Shown: in pieces, positions 1 to 9,705 of the stretch
Layout of the letters: every line of letters starts with the position of its first letter
Numbering within the stretch: position 1 is the first letter of the stretch
NCBI GenBank assembly: GCA_009991965.1
Contig: JAACWQ010000002.1
Location: forward strand, 81,617-145,616
DNA: 64,000 bases
DNA from: Minisyncoccota bacterium
GTDB taxonomy: Bacteria; Patescibacteriota; Microgenomatia; UBA1400; PJMF01
Direction: 5' to 3'
Translations under genes and position numbers: made by a program
Notes under the pieces: generated by a model
Database searches by the model: none
Seen by the model: the letters and a program-made list of their open reading frames with translations, nothing else
Told to the model about the DNA's origin: nothing

Positions 1-343
1 TTTTTTTTGATAACGCCTAGGTATGTCTGAGCTTTTTCAAGTATTAAGTTTGTTTCTAAACTAAATGGTTGTTTTTTTCCCTCAGGTGAATTTGGCATTT
101 GTGATTTTCCTATCTTTTCGTTCTCATCCTATAACTACTAACTATATTATACTATATCACTTTCTTCTCAAGACCGTCTGTTGCAATACACACCTAGTAC
201 GCTATACTAACGCTACTTCTTTTTAAAGAAAGAAGCGAGGCGGAGACACCATCCAAGTGTTTTCGCTCCCAAGTAACAATCCCTGACTCTGCAGTGAGTA
301 GGGGGGAAACCAAGAGAGCGAAAGTGCTCAAGGAGGTGTTTTT

Positions 344-1336
344 TTGTTAGCTACTGCAGGTGCTGAAATTCCCAATGACTACGATCTCCTCAGGCAAGGT
401 GCTGAATGGCTTGCTGATTTTTTGGATAAACTTATCCAAGATGCGGCTGAGTTTGCGCATCCTATTCTTGAAATAATTTTGTTGGCAATTGCAAATCTTA
501 AAACAGAATTAGTGCAGCTATGTGCTCTGTGTGAGCAAGGTACAACTTTGATTGCAGAACAATCAGTAACGAAACCACTTGCAGAGGAAGTATTAGAATT
601 TGTTGTTGAATTGGCGACTAGTGAGTCAGAACACCAGAAGCTTTCTACAATTTTGTCTGCAATTACTGACGATTTTTTTGCTGATAATTCTGATTTATCA
701 AGTTATCCCGATGAATATGCGGCTGTGCTTGAAGATGCACTCAACGAAATGACTGTTTTTCGTCTCATGTCTGGTATGGTAGCTGCACCCGGATCTCGCC
801 ATGCAGGGACCAATCCAACTTTTCATACTGCGCAAGTTGCGTGTGAGTGGCTGAAGACTGCAGCTACGAGGTTTGGTCAGGCGAGTTCTCCAGAACAAAA
901 GAATCAATTTAGAGCAGAATTATTGGCAGTGATTGACCATGACGCTGGGAAGTTGCTTAACCCAAAATTCGACGCACATCACAAACTTTCACTACAATTA
1001 GCTGGTCCTGGTATTAAATATGTGGCAACTGACAAAGGATTTGCCGAAAAAATTTCGCTCACTAATTTCTTGGTACACAATCATGATATTTGTGGACATA
1101 TAGCGGCAAAGCGACGAAATTATCAAGATATACTGGCAGCGTTTAAAAAGGAACCAAACATAGCCGACTACATGCGCTCACTCTACTATATACAATTTGC
1201 AGACATGCAGGCTATTACCACGATGCCCCAAGAACACAAAAGCGAAAATATTTCTATTTGGACAAAGCTTTGTGTAGATTTGCAGTTAGATGAGCTCGTG
1301 ACTGAAATTGTGATAAACTCTCCTAGAATATCGTGA
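344..1336 (+). CDS. hypothetical protein
   Basis: 330-aa ORF with TTG start. Stop codon overlaps the glyA start region. No recognisable motif. Confidence 0.5.
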   Translation: MLATAGAEIPNDYDLLRQGAEWLADFLDKLIQDAAEFAHPILEIILLAIANLKTELVQLCALCEQGTTLIAEQSVTKPLAEEVLEFVVELATSESEHQKLSTILSAITDDFFADNSDLSSYPDEYAAVLEDALNEMTVFRLMSGMVAAPGSRHAGTNPTFHTAQVACEWLKTAATRFGQASSPEQKNQFRAELLAVIDHDAGKLLNPKFDAHHKLSLQLAGPGIKYVATDKGFAEKISLTNFLVHNHDICGHIAAKRRNYQDILAAFKKEPNIADYMRSLYYIQFADMQAITTMPQEHKSENISIWTKLCVDLQLDELVTEIVINSPRIS

Positions 1337-2661
1337 AAGGAAGCAGCGTGCCAGATAAAATTTTTTCTCTCGTCGCCAAAGAACTAAAACGCCAAAAAGA
1401 AATGATCGGTTTAATTCCATCTGAGAATACCGTTTCGCCGGCAGTTTCCAAGGTTTTAAGTTCTTGTTTGTCCAATAAATATTCCGAAGGGTATGCGCTA
1501 CGCAGATACTACGAGGGCAATCAGATTATTGATGAAATTGAGTTACTAGCTATTGAGCGAATTAAAAAGCTATTTGGCGTCCCGTACGTCAATGTCCAGC
1601 CATATTCTGGTAGTCCCGCCAACTGGGCAATTTACTTTTCGCTGATGCAACCGGGCGATACCTTGATGGGGTTGAAATTGTCGATGGGCGGGCATTTGAC
1701 ACACGGTCATCCAGACGTAACTGCTTCGGGGCGGTTTTATAACTCCGTGCAGTATGGCGTAAAAAAAGACGCGCGGATTGATTTTGCCGAAGTAGAACAA
1801 CTGGCCAAAAAACACAAACCAAAGGTGATTGTTGCTGGCAATACAGCCTATCCGTTTGAACTTGATTTCAAAAAATTTCGCGCAATAGCAGACAAAGTAG
1901 GCGCTTGGTTAGTTGCTGATATATCGCACATTACGGGTTTGGTTATTGCTGGTGAGCACATGTCTCCCGTACCGTATGCCGATGTGATTATGACCACTAC
2001 CCACAAGACATTTCGTGGGCCAAGAGGGGCGATGATTTTGGTGACGCAGCGTGGGCTTGATAGAGATCCAGATTTGGGTAAACGGATGAACGCGGCGATT
2101 ATTCCTGGTACGCAGGGCGGACCGCATAATGCGACGACAGCTGGCATAGCCATCGCTGCTGCCGAAGCGAGCACAGCCAAATTTCGCGCCTACGGCAAAC
2201 AAATTCGTAAAAATGCGACAGCCTTGGCGACAGAACTTTTGCAGCAAGATATTGATCTGGTCGGAGGTGGCACAGAAACACATCTCATGGTTATCGATCT
2301 GACCAAATTTGGTATCGGGCTGGGTACGCAGGTGGCGTTTGCACTTGATGTGGCTGGTATTTATGCCAATCGCAACACGATCCCGACAGAGCAGGGCTCG
2401 CCGTTTTATCCCTCTGGCTTGCGTCTGGGTACGCCGCTGGTGACTTCGCGCGGTATGAAAGAAAAAGAAATGAAGCAAATCGCAAAGTGGATTGCGCTGG
2501 TTGCCAAACACGTGAGCGAGCAGCAGCTGCCGACAGATAGGAAAGAACGTGCTGTCTTTTTGAAGAAATTTCGCAAAAATGCCCTCAAAGATCCGGTCCT
2601 CAAGAACATTCGCAAAGAAGTAAAAATGATGACGGCAAAATTCCCGCTGTTTCAGTTATAG
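1333..2661 (+). CDS. glyA: serine hydroxymethyltransferase
   Basis: Matches SHMT N-terminal region (LIPSENTVSPAV...KYSEGY) and PLP-lysine region (TTTHKTFRGPRGAMIL). Alternative GTG start at 1348 preceded by AAGGAAG. Confidence 0.9.
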   Translation: MKGSSVPDKIFSLVAKELKRQKEMIGLIPSENTVSPAVSKVLSSCLSNKYSEGYALRRYYEGNQIIDEIELLAIERIKKLFGVPYVNVQPYSGSPANWAIYFSLMQPGDTLMGLKLSMGGHLTHGHPDVTASGRFYNSVQYGVKKDARIDFAEVEQLAKKHKPKVIVAGNTAYPFELDFKKFRAIADKVGAWLVADISHITGLVIAGEHMSPVPYADVIMTTTHKTFRGPRGAMILVTQRGLDRDPDLGKRMNAAIIPGTQGGPHNATTAGIAIAAAEASTAKFRAYGKQIRKNATALATELLQQDIDLVGGGTETHLMVIDLTKFGIGLGTQVAFALDVAGIYANRNTIPTEQGSPFYPSGLRLGTPLVTSRGMKEKEMKQIAKWIALVAKHVSEQQLPTDRKERAVFLKKFRKNALKDPVLKNIRKEVKMMTAKFPLFQL

Positions 2662-2667
2662 AGAACT

Positions 2668-3309
2668 ATGAAAATTCAAAAGTTTGATTTACTTGTTTCA
2701 CTCTACGTATTTTGTATTATGGTGGCTGAGCTAATGGGTGGCAAAACGATTCCGCTCCTTAAAGTCGGCTCGATAAATTTGAGCGCAAGCGTGGCAATTT
2801 TTGTTATACCGCTGTTGTTTACTATCAACGACGTCATTACCGAAGTGTATGGTCCCGAGCGAACGCGTAGCGTGATTCGCTCTGGTTTGTTGATGATTTT
2901 CTTGGTGCTGTTGGCGAGTTTGTTTTTCACCTGGTTGCCTCCCTCTGGGCGCTTTGCAGCTTCTGAGTCTGCATACGATACAATCTTTGGTCTGTCAGCC
3001 CGGATCACTGCCGCAAGTTTGACAGCCTTCGCTTTGGCTGAATTTCTAGATGTAGCAGTGTTTGTTCGACTCAAAAAGAAAATGGGCAAAAAAGCTTTGT
3101 GGTTTCGCAATAACGTCTCGAACTTTGCCGCCCAATTCGTTGATACCGTCGTGTTCATGACGCTCGCTTTTTATGCCTTTGGTACGCCAGTCGGGGAGAA
3201 CGTATCATTTTTGGTAGGACTGATTTTGCCGTATTGGCTGTTAAAGTGTGCGTTATCTGTAATTGAAACGCCGCTTGTGTATCTGGGTATTCGTTGGCTC
3301 AAAAAGTGA
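2668..3309 (+). CDS. queuosine-precursor transporter family membrane protein (YhhQ/DUF165-like)
   Basis: 213-aa polytopic membrane protein. Resembles the YhhQ preQ0/preQ1 transporter family (FLDVAVFVRLKK..WFRNNVSNFAAQFVDTVVF). Confidence 0.55.
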   Translation: MKIQKFDLLVSLYVFCIMVAELMGGKTIPLLKVGSINLSASVAIFVIPLLFTINDVITEVYGPERTRSVIRSGLLMIFLVLLASLFFTWLPPSGRFAASESAYDTIFGLSARITAASLTAFALAEFLDVAVFVRLKKKMGKKALWFRNNVSNFAAQFVDTVVFMTLAFYAFGTPVGENVSFLVGLILPYWLLKCALSVIETPLVYLGIRWLKK

Positions 3310-3833
3310 ACATAACGCTTGCGATGGTGTTATCTGCAGATGGCAGGACGACCAAGGGTGACGACCCGAATATTTACACTTGGACATCTCAAGAAGATCA
3401 GGATCATTTTTTTTCTTTTATCGCTCAAAATAATTTGATTATCATGGGCCGGAAAACCTATTTTGCTGCAGCTGACAAGATTCGATTGTCTCCAGAGAGA
3501 AAGCGAGTCGTCTTGACGAAAAACCCAGAGTTGTACATAGATCTTGCGGTAGAAGGGCAACTCGACTTCAGTAGTGAGCAGCCAGCGGAATTGGTCCGTC
3601 GCCTAACAGCGGAAGGCTACACCACTGCATTACTCGTTGGTGGTGGGACGGTAAATTGGCATTTTTTACAGTCCGGTCTGATCAACGAGTTACTCCTGAC
3701 TATTGAACCGCAGATTTTTGGTGCAGGGCAGAGTCTCTTTGCTGGTCCGATTAATTCTCTAAAGCTCGAGCTTTTGGAACAAAAACAACTCAATGATCAA
3801 GGCACGATGCTGATGCGATATAAGGTACACTAA
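3294..3833 (+). CDS. dihydrofolate reductase family protein (RibD C-terminal domain-like)
   Basis: 179 aa. Motifs ITLAMVLSADGRTT, IMGRKTY and LLVGGG are typical of the RibD_C/DHFR family. Overlaps the previous gene. Confidence 0.55.
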   Translation: MAQKVNITLAMVLSADGRTTKGDDPNIYTWTSQEDQDHFFSFIAQNNLIIMGRKTYFAAADKIRLSPERKRVVLTKNPELYIDLAVEGQLDFSSEQPAELVRRLTAEGYTTALLVGGGTVNWHFLQSGLINELLLTIEPQIFGAGQSLFAGPINSLKLELLEQKQLNDQGTMLMRYKVH

Positions 3834-3859
3834 ACGTAAATTATTGTGAGAAAGTTTGT

Positions 3860-4744
3860 ATGACCAGAAACTTAGGCGCCCACGTTTCAGCTGCTGGCGG
3901 CATAGACAAAGCGGTAGAGCGCGTAGCAGCGATAGGTGGTAATTGCTTACAACTTTTTTCGGGTAGTCCGCGGGTTTGGGCAAAACCAGGATTGGACAAA
4001 TACCCCTTGGTCAAATTCTTCTCAAATTTGGAAAAATACGCTATAGCACCAGTCTTTACGCACGCTCTCTATTTGGTCAATTTGGCCTCCGATAAACCAG
4101 ACAACCTTCGGAAATCTTTCGACTGTCTGAAATACGAACTGGAGTTTGATAGCTTGGTTAAAGGTTCGGGTGTGATTGTACATTTGGGTAGCCACCAGGG
4201 ACGCGGTTGGGCGGCAAGTAGCGAGCAGATCGCAGAGCAGATCAACTTGCTTTTGGCTGCTACGCCGGATGATTCAACTTTTCTGATTGAAAATTCTGCA
4301 GGGCAGAAGGGAAAAATCGCAAGCGATTTACATGAAGTTCGTTGGTTACTTGACCAGGCAGAAATTGCTGGCAAGTGGGTGAGTAAAGGTCGATTGGGTT
4401 GGTGTTTCGACACCTGCCATGCACATGCTGCAGGCAACAAACTGGGAGATCCGACAAAGATTGGGAGCGGAGAAAAATCTGCACTGGCTACACTCGATGA
4501 ACTAGATTTATGGTCTACGCTCCGCCTGGTGCACGTCAACGACAGCAAAGATCCATTTGCCAGTGGGCGAGACCGTCATGCCAACATCGGTGATGGCACT
4601 ATTCCGCCAGCAGATTTGCAGTTTTTTCTCGATACGAAGCAGGTGCAGAAATTGTCACTGATTCTTGAGGTACCAGGGATTGATGGCAAGGGGCCGGATG
4701 CGGAAAATATTGAGCGGGCTAAGAAGTTGCTTGATGCTTGCTAG
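3860..4744 (+). CDS. nfo: endonuclease IV (AP endonuclease, family 2)
   Basis: N-terminus LGAHVSAAGG...GGNCLQLF. Metal-binding His and Asp residues (HAHAAGN, VHVNDS) are typical of Nfo. Confidence 0.85.
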   Translation: MTRNLGAHVSAAGGIDKAVERVAAIGGNCLQLFSGSPRVWAKPGLDKYPLVKFFSNLEKYAIAPVFTHALYLVNLASDKPDNLRKSFDCLKYELEFDSLVKGSGVIVHLGSHQGRGWAASSEQIAEQINLLLAATPDDSTFLIENSAGQKGKIASDLHEVRWLLDQAEIAGKWVSKGRLGWCFDTCHAHAAGNKLGDPTKIGSGEKSALATLDELDLWSTLRLVHVNDSKDPFASGRDRHANIGDGTIPPADLQFFLDTKQVQKLSLILEVPGIDGKGPDAENIERAKKLLDAC

Positions 4745-4994
4745 ATTCTTCTAGTTGAGCAAAAATTTGAGCAATTTGTTCTGCTGAAGCATTAAAAAAA
4801 ATTATTTTTGAAAAACCAGGGAAAGGGTTGAGCACCAGCATTGTGCAGTCTGAAAATAAATCTGGCTCTTTTCGTTGTAAGCCTTTTAATTGAACAGCAG
4901 CTTCGTTGGTTACAAGTCTTTCACTATTTAGTCCCATAATGTATTTTACCACGACTAAGCAACCTGCACTTGCTTTTCCTTATTACTTTTGCAT

Positions 4995-5160
4995 ATAGTG
5001 TCTTTGCTGTGGAACACGGTGAGAATCCGTGACTGTGCCGCAACGGTGTTTGGGTTTACCCAAAAGTCCGATCTTCAGCACACTACAATCTGACGCGCAT
5101 CGGGAATTTTCAATAAAGTAGTGTGAGCCTCCACAGCGGTATAAAGTACGTAGCTGTCTG
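4995..5160 (+). promoter_or_regulatory. candidate cobalamin (B12) riboswitch in 5' leader
   Basis: 425-nt non-coding leader. The segment GGAACACGGTGAGAATCCGTGACTGTGCCGCAACGGTG resembles the cobalamin-riboswitch core (compare E. coli btuB leader AGTGCGAATCTGGAGCTGACGCGCAGCGGTAA). Long-range pairing GCTGTGG / CCACAGC. Downstream operon encodes a DUF4430 protein. Confidence 0.4.
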
Positions 5161-5184
5161 TAACATCAGGTGGTAAGGAGGTGT

Positions 5185-5883
5185 ATGGTAGAAATAATTT
5201 CAAGTAAAGTGAGATATGAGGGCTGGTATGGCGATTTGCCTGAAATTGCTGCAGCTCAGAGTCTAAGTGAGTTGGGCTTATTTGCTCGACAACTTGGTGC
5301 AGAGTTGTATGGCTTTACTGGAGAGGCCTCTCAGCAAATGAGAACGTTATTTGTGGGATTGCCGCATGGAGTTTTGGAGGTTTGGGGACAATTGTTAGAA
5401 ACACAAGCTGCAGGAGCGCTGCGGCAAAAATTTGGCAAGCCAAAAGAGGAACTGGTAGGTGCACAATTTGTAGCAGCAGAGTTGACAGATCGGGCAGAGG
5501 GAGCGGCTGGCAAACTTACTGAGCTTCGGAGTGATCTATTGGCAAAGTATGAGCAATTTCAACAAATTTTGATGCAACAGCTCGCAGTAAAATTGGCGGA
5601 GCTTGCCGCAGTGCAAGAACGGATACAAGCCAATAAAACTGCGTTACACACTACTGAAGAGCCAAGGCATATTTTGGCAAAAGTAGAGTATAAAGCAGCA
5701 AAAGATACCGGCACAGAAGTTGTCAGTCGGGATCAGGTACATTTACTACAAATACAAAAAGAAATTACCGTACTGCAGGAAGCATTAGGGTCATTTTTTG
5801 CCCCTTTGGGAGTTGTATTGCAAGAAGTCAGGCAAATGATGACAGTGGCTCCACTAGATGCAAACAAAGCGGTGCCCGTGTAG
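5185..5883 (+). CDS. hypothetical coiled-coil protein
   Basis: ATG at 5185 with AAGGAGG 6 nt upstream. The ORF track started at an upstream GTG. Helical, charged protein with no recognised domain. Confidence 0.5.
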   Translation: MVEIISSKVRYEGWYGDLPEIAAAQSLSELGLFARQLGAELYGFTGEASQQMRTLFVGLPHGVLEVWGQLLETQAAGALRQKFGKPKEELVGAQFVAAELTDRAEGAAGKLTELRSDLLAKYEQFQQILMQQLAVKLAELAAVQERIQANKTALHTTEEPRHILAKVEYKAAKDTGTEVVSRDQVHLLQIQKEITVLQEALGSFFAPLGVVLQEVRQMMTVAPLDANKAVPV

Positions 5884-5907
5884 TTGCCTGCTACAATAGA
5901 CCTTCCT

Positions 5908-6285
5908 ATGAAACAAAAGCTTCCTATATATCTTGCACTCGCTATCGGTCTGATTGGTGCAGTAGTGTTTTTTAACAAAAATGCTCGCCTACAGCAAATT
6001 CCCGAGAAGGTGATGGAAACAACTATTTCACTTTCCTTTGCAGCTATGACAGACGGCCAAACTGCTCTTGATCTGCTCAAGGAATCTGCCCAAGTGGAGT
6101 ACCAAGAATTTGATTTTGGCGTGATGGTAACCAGCATCAATGGTGTCGCAGCAGACGAAAAGCACTACTGGGGGTTGTATGTGAATGATGAGTACGCGAC
6201 CGCAGGCGCGAGTGAGACGGTGCTCAAAACGGGTGATACGATGAAGTGGATTTATGAAGAAATTTCTGATTCACCAGTTCAATAA
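5908..6285 (+). CDS. DUF4430 domain protein (transcobalamin-like, putative cobalamin-binding), membrane anchored
   Basis: N-terminal TM or signal anchor. C-terminal HYWGLYVNDEYATAGASETVLKTGDTMKWIY resembles the DUF4430 fold. Confidence 0.55.
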   Translation: MKQKLPIYLALAIGLIGAVVFFNKNARLQQIPEKVMETTISLSFAAMTDGQTALDLLKESAQVEYQEFDFGVMVTSINGVAADEKHYWGLYVNDEYATAGASETVLKTGDTMKWIYEEISDSPVQ

Positions 6286-6763
6286 AAACGCCATTCCTGC
6301 AATGACCGCCATGGTGGTTTTTGCTACACGTGGTGGGATCTTGCCACCAAATGTCAGTCCACTCGGTGCCTCTGGATTTACGACCAAAAAGTTCATCTGG
6401 TTTTTTCTCGGAATTGTAGCTTTTGATTTTTTGCGTGGGGGTTTTTACCCAGGAGTTCTATTAACGTATCTCGGCTTTGCCGCCTATCCGCTTTCGGGTT
6501 GCCTGGCGGGCAACTCACTGCGTAGACAAGCGGTATTCTTGCCACTGGCCTCACTCTTATTTTTCCTGTTATCAAATCTCGGCGTCTGGTGGTTTTGGTA
6601 TCCCCAGACCTGGGCAGGGCTAGTTTTGTGTTACACCATGGCGCTGCCGTTTTATCGCAACACGTTTTTGTCTGACCTTGGTTTTTTTGCGGTTATCGCG
6701 GGCATTCGCCACGTTAGTATTGCAGTGCAAAAATGTAGGACAAAGGAATTGGCTATTGTATGA
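6254..6763 (+). CDS. small polytopic membrane protein (possible vitamin-uptake S-component-like)
   Basis: 169 aa with 5-6 predicted TM helices. Overlaps the DUF4430 gene. Function inferred from context only. Confidence 0.45.
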   Translation: MKKFLIHQFNKNAIPAMTAMVVFATRGGILPPNVSPLGASGFTTKKFIWFFLGIVAFDFLRGGFYPGVLLTYLGFAAYPLSGCLAGNSLRRQAVFLPLASLLFFLLSNLGVWWFWYPQTWAGLVLCYTMALPFYRNTFLSDLGFFAVIAGIRHVSIAVQKCRTKELAIV

Positions 6764-7614
6764 CAATTATTTTTGACGGTTTCAAAACAGCGCGGGCGAG
6801 AGAAGTGAAGCTCGAACAGGATATTATTGCAGCCAACCTTTTGCAGCCGATTACTATTCAAGCAATTGTGTTCACCGAAGACGAAGGTAGTATGTTGTAC
6901 ACCAGGCTCAAGGCGGAAGCAGCTGAGCGGGTAGGGATTGTGTACCAAGCAACGCAATTTTCTTTGGCAGACCCAAGAGAAGTAGTTTTGGAGGCAGTTC
7001 GTGCGGCTAATCTAGATCAAGCGATTACTGGTTTGATTATTCAAAAACCGAGTCGAGCGGTGTACGAAGCTGTTGGCAAACTGCCGTATTCGCAGTGGTG
7101 GCTAGAGCTGGTATCTGCGATTGCGCAGAATAAAGATGTCGATGGCTTGCATCCAGAGACGCTTAAGGCTGGCAACATTTTGCCAGCAACTTGTCGAGCA
7201 GTGTTGGCTATTTTAGTCGAGGCGTTGGGTGGTTCGCCAGAAAATGTACAGCATCAGGGCAAAAAAATTAGCATCATTGGCCGATCAGATTTGTTGGGTA
7301 AACCATTAGCACAGGAGCTACTTCGCCAGGGGGCGAATGTCGAATTGCTCGGCAAAAAAGATTTGGCAGAGCGCCAAGTTTCAGGTGAATATTTACTTAA
7401 CTCGGACGTGGTAATTTCTGCAACCGGTGTGGCAAATTTGATTACTCCAGATATGGTTAGCGAAGGAGTGATTACAATCGACGTGGGCGAGCCGCAACCA
7501 GATATTTCCAGAGCGGTAGCAATGAAGGCGAGTTTTTTTACGCCGGTTCCTGGTGGAGTGGGGCCGATGACGGTAGTATCACTTTTGGAAAACGGGTTTC
7601 GACTGACTCATTGA
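6760..7614 (+). CDS. folD: methylenetetrahydrofolate dehydrogenase/cyclohydrolase
   Basis: Start IFDGFKTAREV resembles the FolD start I.DGK. C-terminal Rossmann segment GKKISIIGRSDLLGKPL and GVGPMTV. Confidence 0.7.
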   Translation: MTIIFDGFKTARAREVKLEQDIIAANLLQPITIQAIVFTEDEGSMLYTRLKAEAAERVGIVYQATQFSLADPREVVLEAVRAANLDQAITGLIIQKPSRAVYEAVGKLPYSQWWLELVSAIAQNKDVDGLHPETLKAGNILPATCRAVLAILVEALGGSPENVQHQGKKISIIGRSDLLGKPLAQELLRQGANVELLGKKDLAERQVSGEYLLNSDVVISATGVANLITPDMVSEGVITIDVGEPQPDISRAVAMKASFFTPVPGGVGPMTVVSLLENGFRLTH

Positions 7615-7871
7615 CGCTTATCTCTCATTATGATAATCTTATCATTATGTTGCAAACGACAATTACTCCCAATTTTCAAGTTCATATTCCCGTTACGATC
7701 CGAAAGCAGTCTGGCATAACACAACACGGAACTGCCATTATTAGTGCTCAGAAGGGGAAAATTATTATTGAAGCAAAGCCTAGCGGTTTTCTTGCTCTGG
7801 GCAGTTCATTCCAAGTCAAGAAGCCGATTAAAGTAGAACAGATTCGAGATCATATAGAGTATTCGAGATGA
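7611..7871 (+). CDS. AbrB/MazE-type antitoxin (VapB-like)
   Basis: Small ORF immediately upstream of, and overlapping, the PIN gene. Swapped-hairpin-like VHIPVTIRKQSGI...GKIIIE. True start may be ATG at 7647. Confidence 0.5.
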   Translation: MTLISHYDNLIIMLQTTITPNFQVHIPVTIRKQSGITQHGTAIISAQKGKIIIEAKPSGFLALGSSFQVKKPIKVEQIRDHIEYSR

Positions 7872-8290
7872 CCACTAAGGCGTTCATCGACACGAGTGTA
7901 TTTATTCGTTTTTTGACAAACGACGATTCAGAAAAGTTTCAAGAATGTCTTGAGTTTTTTGAAGTAGTTGAGTCAGGAAAAATTCGTCCATATACTTCTC
8001 AAGTGGTCATTTTAGAGATTGTTTTTGTTCTCAACAGATTGTATTCATTCCCAAAGAAAAAAGTTCTACTGGCAATTAGTCAGATATATAACATCAGAAA
8101 TATTACAGTAATTGAGACAACAAAAACCACTCAAGCCCTGGCTTTATACTCCAAGCACCCAATTAAGTATCCAGATTGTCTTATAGCAACGCAGCTGCCA
8201 CCAAGATGTACTTTGCTCACATACGATAATGAGTTTAAAAAGATTACAAAAATAGCAGCTCAAACTCCAGGCGAGTTACTACTCCGTTGA
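7868..8290 (+). CDS. vapC: PIN-domain ribonuclease toxin (VapC-like)
   Basis: N-terminal AFIDTSVFIRFL carries the conserved Asp of PIN domains. 140 aa. 4-nt overlap with the upstream antitoxin. Confidence 0.7.
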   Translation: MTTKAFIDTSVFIRFLTNDDSEKFQECLEFFEVVESGKIRPYTSQVVILEIVFVLNRLYSFPKKKVLLAISQIYNIRNITVIETTKTTQALALYSKHPIKYPDCLIATQLPPRCTLLTYDNEFKKITKIAAQTPGELLLR

Positions 8291-8319
8291 GTTTATGGTG
8301 GTATATACTACCCCTGTCC

Positions 8320-9705
8320 ATGACCGAGTCCACAGCGCTCCTGGCGCTTTCACCACTCGACGGTCGGTACTACCTACAAACTCGGGAACTCTCGGGGTAC
8401 TTTTCAGAATTTTCGCTCATCCGCTACCGTGTGCGGGTTGAGGTTGCATATCTTATTGCTTTGCTTGAAACCACCAAAGCGTTCGTTTTGTCGCCAAAGC
8501 AAATTTCAGAGTTGCAACAAATGGCCGATTCGTTTTCCATCGCAGATGCAGAAGCAGTCAAAGTCCACGAAGCAAAATGTCACCATGACGTCAAAGCAGT
8601 CGAGTATTTTTTGCGCGACAAATGCAGCAAGCTTGCTCTGGCTAAGGTATTTCCCTACATTCATTTTGGCTTGACTAGTGAGGATGCAAACTCTGTTGCA
8701 TACGGTTTAGCTCTCAAGGAGAGTAGGAACAAAGTCATTTTGCCAGCCCTGTTACAGATTGTAGATTCACTGGCACATTTTGTGCAGGCAAACGCGGAAG
8801 TTCCGATGCTCGCACGCACCCACGGCCAGCCAGCTGTACCAACAACTTTGGGCAAAGAGTACGCAGTTTTTTTGTCCCGGCTTGTACCTGAGATTGATGC
8901 TGTGCGCACGGCGCAATTTGTTGCTAAAGTATCGGGCGCAGTGGGTACATATAGTGCGCAAAGTTTGGTATTTCCAGAGGTAAATTGGATAACATTCTCA
9001 AACGAATTTTTAGCGAAGCTTGGCTTAACTGCGGATCCACTCAGTACGCAAGTAGTTTCTGCAGAAAGTTACACGCGCTATTTCCAATCGCTCTCACGGA
9101 TCAACAGTATCTTGCTCGATTGCGCGCGCGACTCTTGGCAATATATTGCTGATGGTTGGTTGGTGCAAATTTCAAAATCATCCGATGTTGGATCATCGAC
9201 CATGCCACAGAAGGTCAATCCAATCGATTTTGAGAATGCAGAGGGGAATTTTGGGTTGGCAAATGCTTTACTTTCACACTTGAGCGAAAAATTACCCATT
9301 TCCCGTCTGCAACGCGACCTGTCAGATAGCACGCTTAAGCGTTCATTTGGAACCGCACTTGGCCACACGATACTTGGGATTAAGTCGCTGACCCGTGGTT
9401 TGAGCAAAGTTTCGCCAAATCCTGACACCATGAGCCAAGCGCTGTCTGCCCACCCAGAAATACTTTCTGAAGGCTTACAAACACTTTTGCGCGCTGATGG
9501 AGTAGGGGACGCATATGAAATTTTCAAAGAAGCAACTCGAGGAAAAAATAATCTTTCGCTCGATCAACTGAAAGTAATTGCAACAAAACACGCCAAAACG
9601 AAGACCACTAAGCAGAAGATTGCCTCGCTCACACTAGAGTCCTATACTGGGCTGGCCGCCCAACTTGCACAACAGAAAGGATTTTATGCCACCACGACCG
9701 CGTAG
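8320..9705 (+). CDS. purB: adenylosuccinate lyase
   Basis: LSPLDGRY near the N-terminus. Fumarate-lyase signature region GSSTMPQKVNP. Confidence 0.85.
   Translation: MTESTALLALSPLDGRYYLQTRELSGYFSEFSLIRYRVRVEVAYLIALLETTKAFVLSPKQISELQQMADSFSIADAEAVKVHEAKCHHDVKAVEYFLRDKCSKLALAKVFPYIHFGLTSEDANSVAYGLALKESRNKVILPALLQIVDSLAHFVQANAEVPMLARTHGQPAVPTTLGKEYAVFLSRLVPEIDAVRTAQFVAKVSGAVGTYSAQSLVFPEVNWITFSNEFLAKLGLTADPLSTQVVSAESYTRYFQSLSRINSILLDCARDSWQYIADGWLVQISKSSDVGSSTMPQKVNPIDFENAEGNFGLANALLSHLSEKLPISRLQRDLSDSTLKRSFGTALGHTILGIKSLTRGLSKVSPNPDTMSQALSAHPEILSEGLQTLLRADGVGDAYEIFKEATRGKNNLSLDQLKVIATKHAKTKTTKQKIASLTLESYTGLAAQLAQQKGFYATTTA

Noticed and set aside
1909-2511. 200-aa minus-strand ORF inside glyA, with other short antisense ORFs at 1570-2615
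   Set aside because: It lies antisense within a strongly supported SHMT coding region. No independent support.
4719-4952. 77-aa minus-strand ORF in the nfo-to-5185 leader
   Set aside because: It overlaps the nfo stop and lies in the leader that contains the putative riboswitch. No RBS or motif. More likely non-coding.
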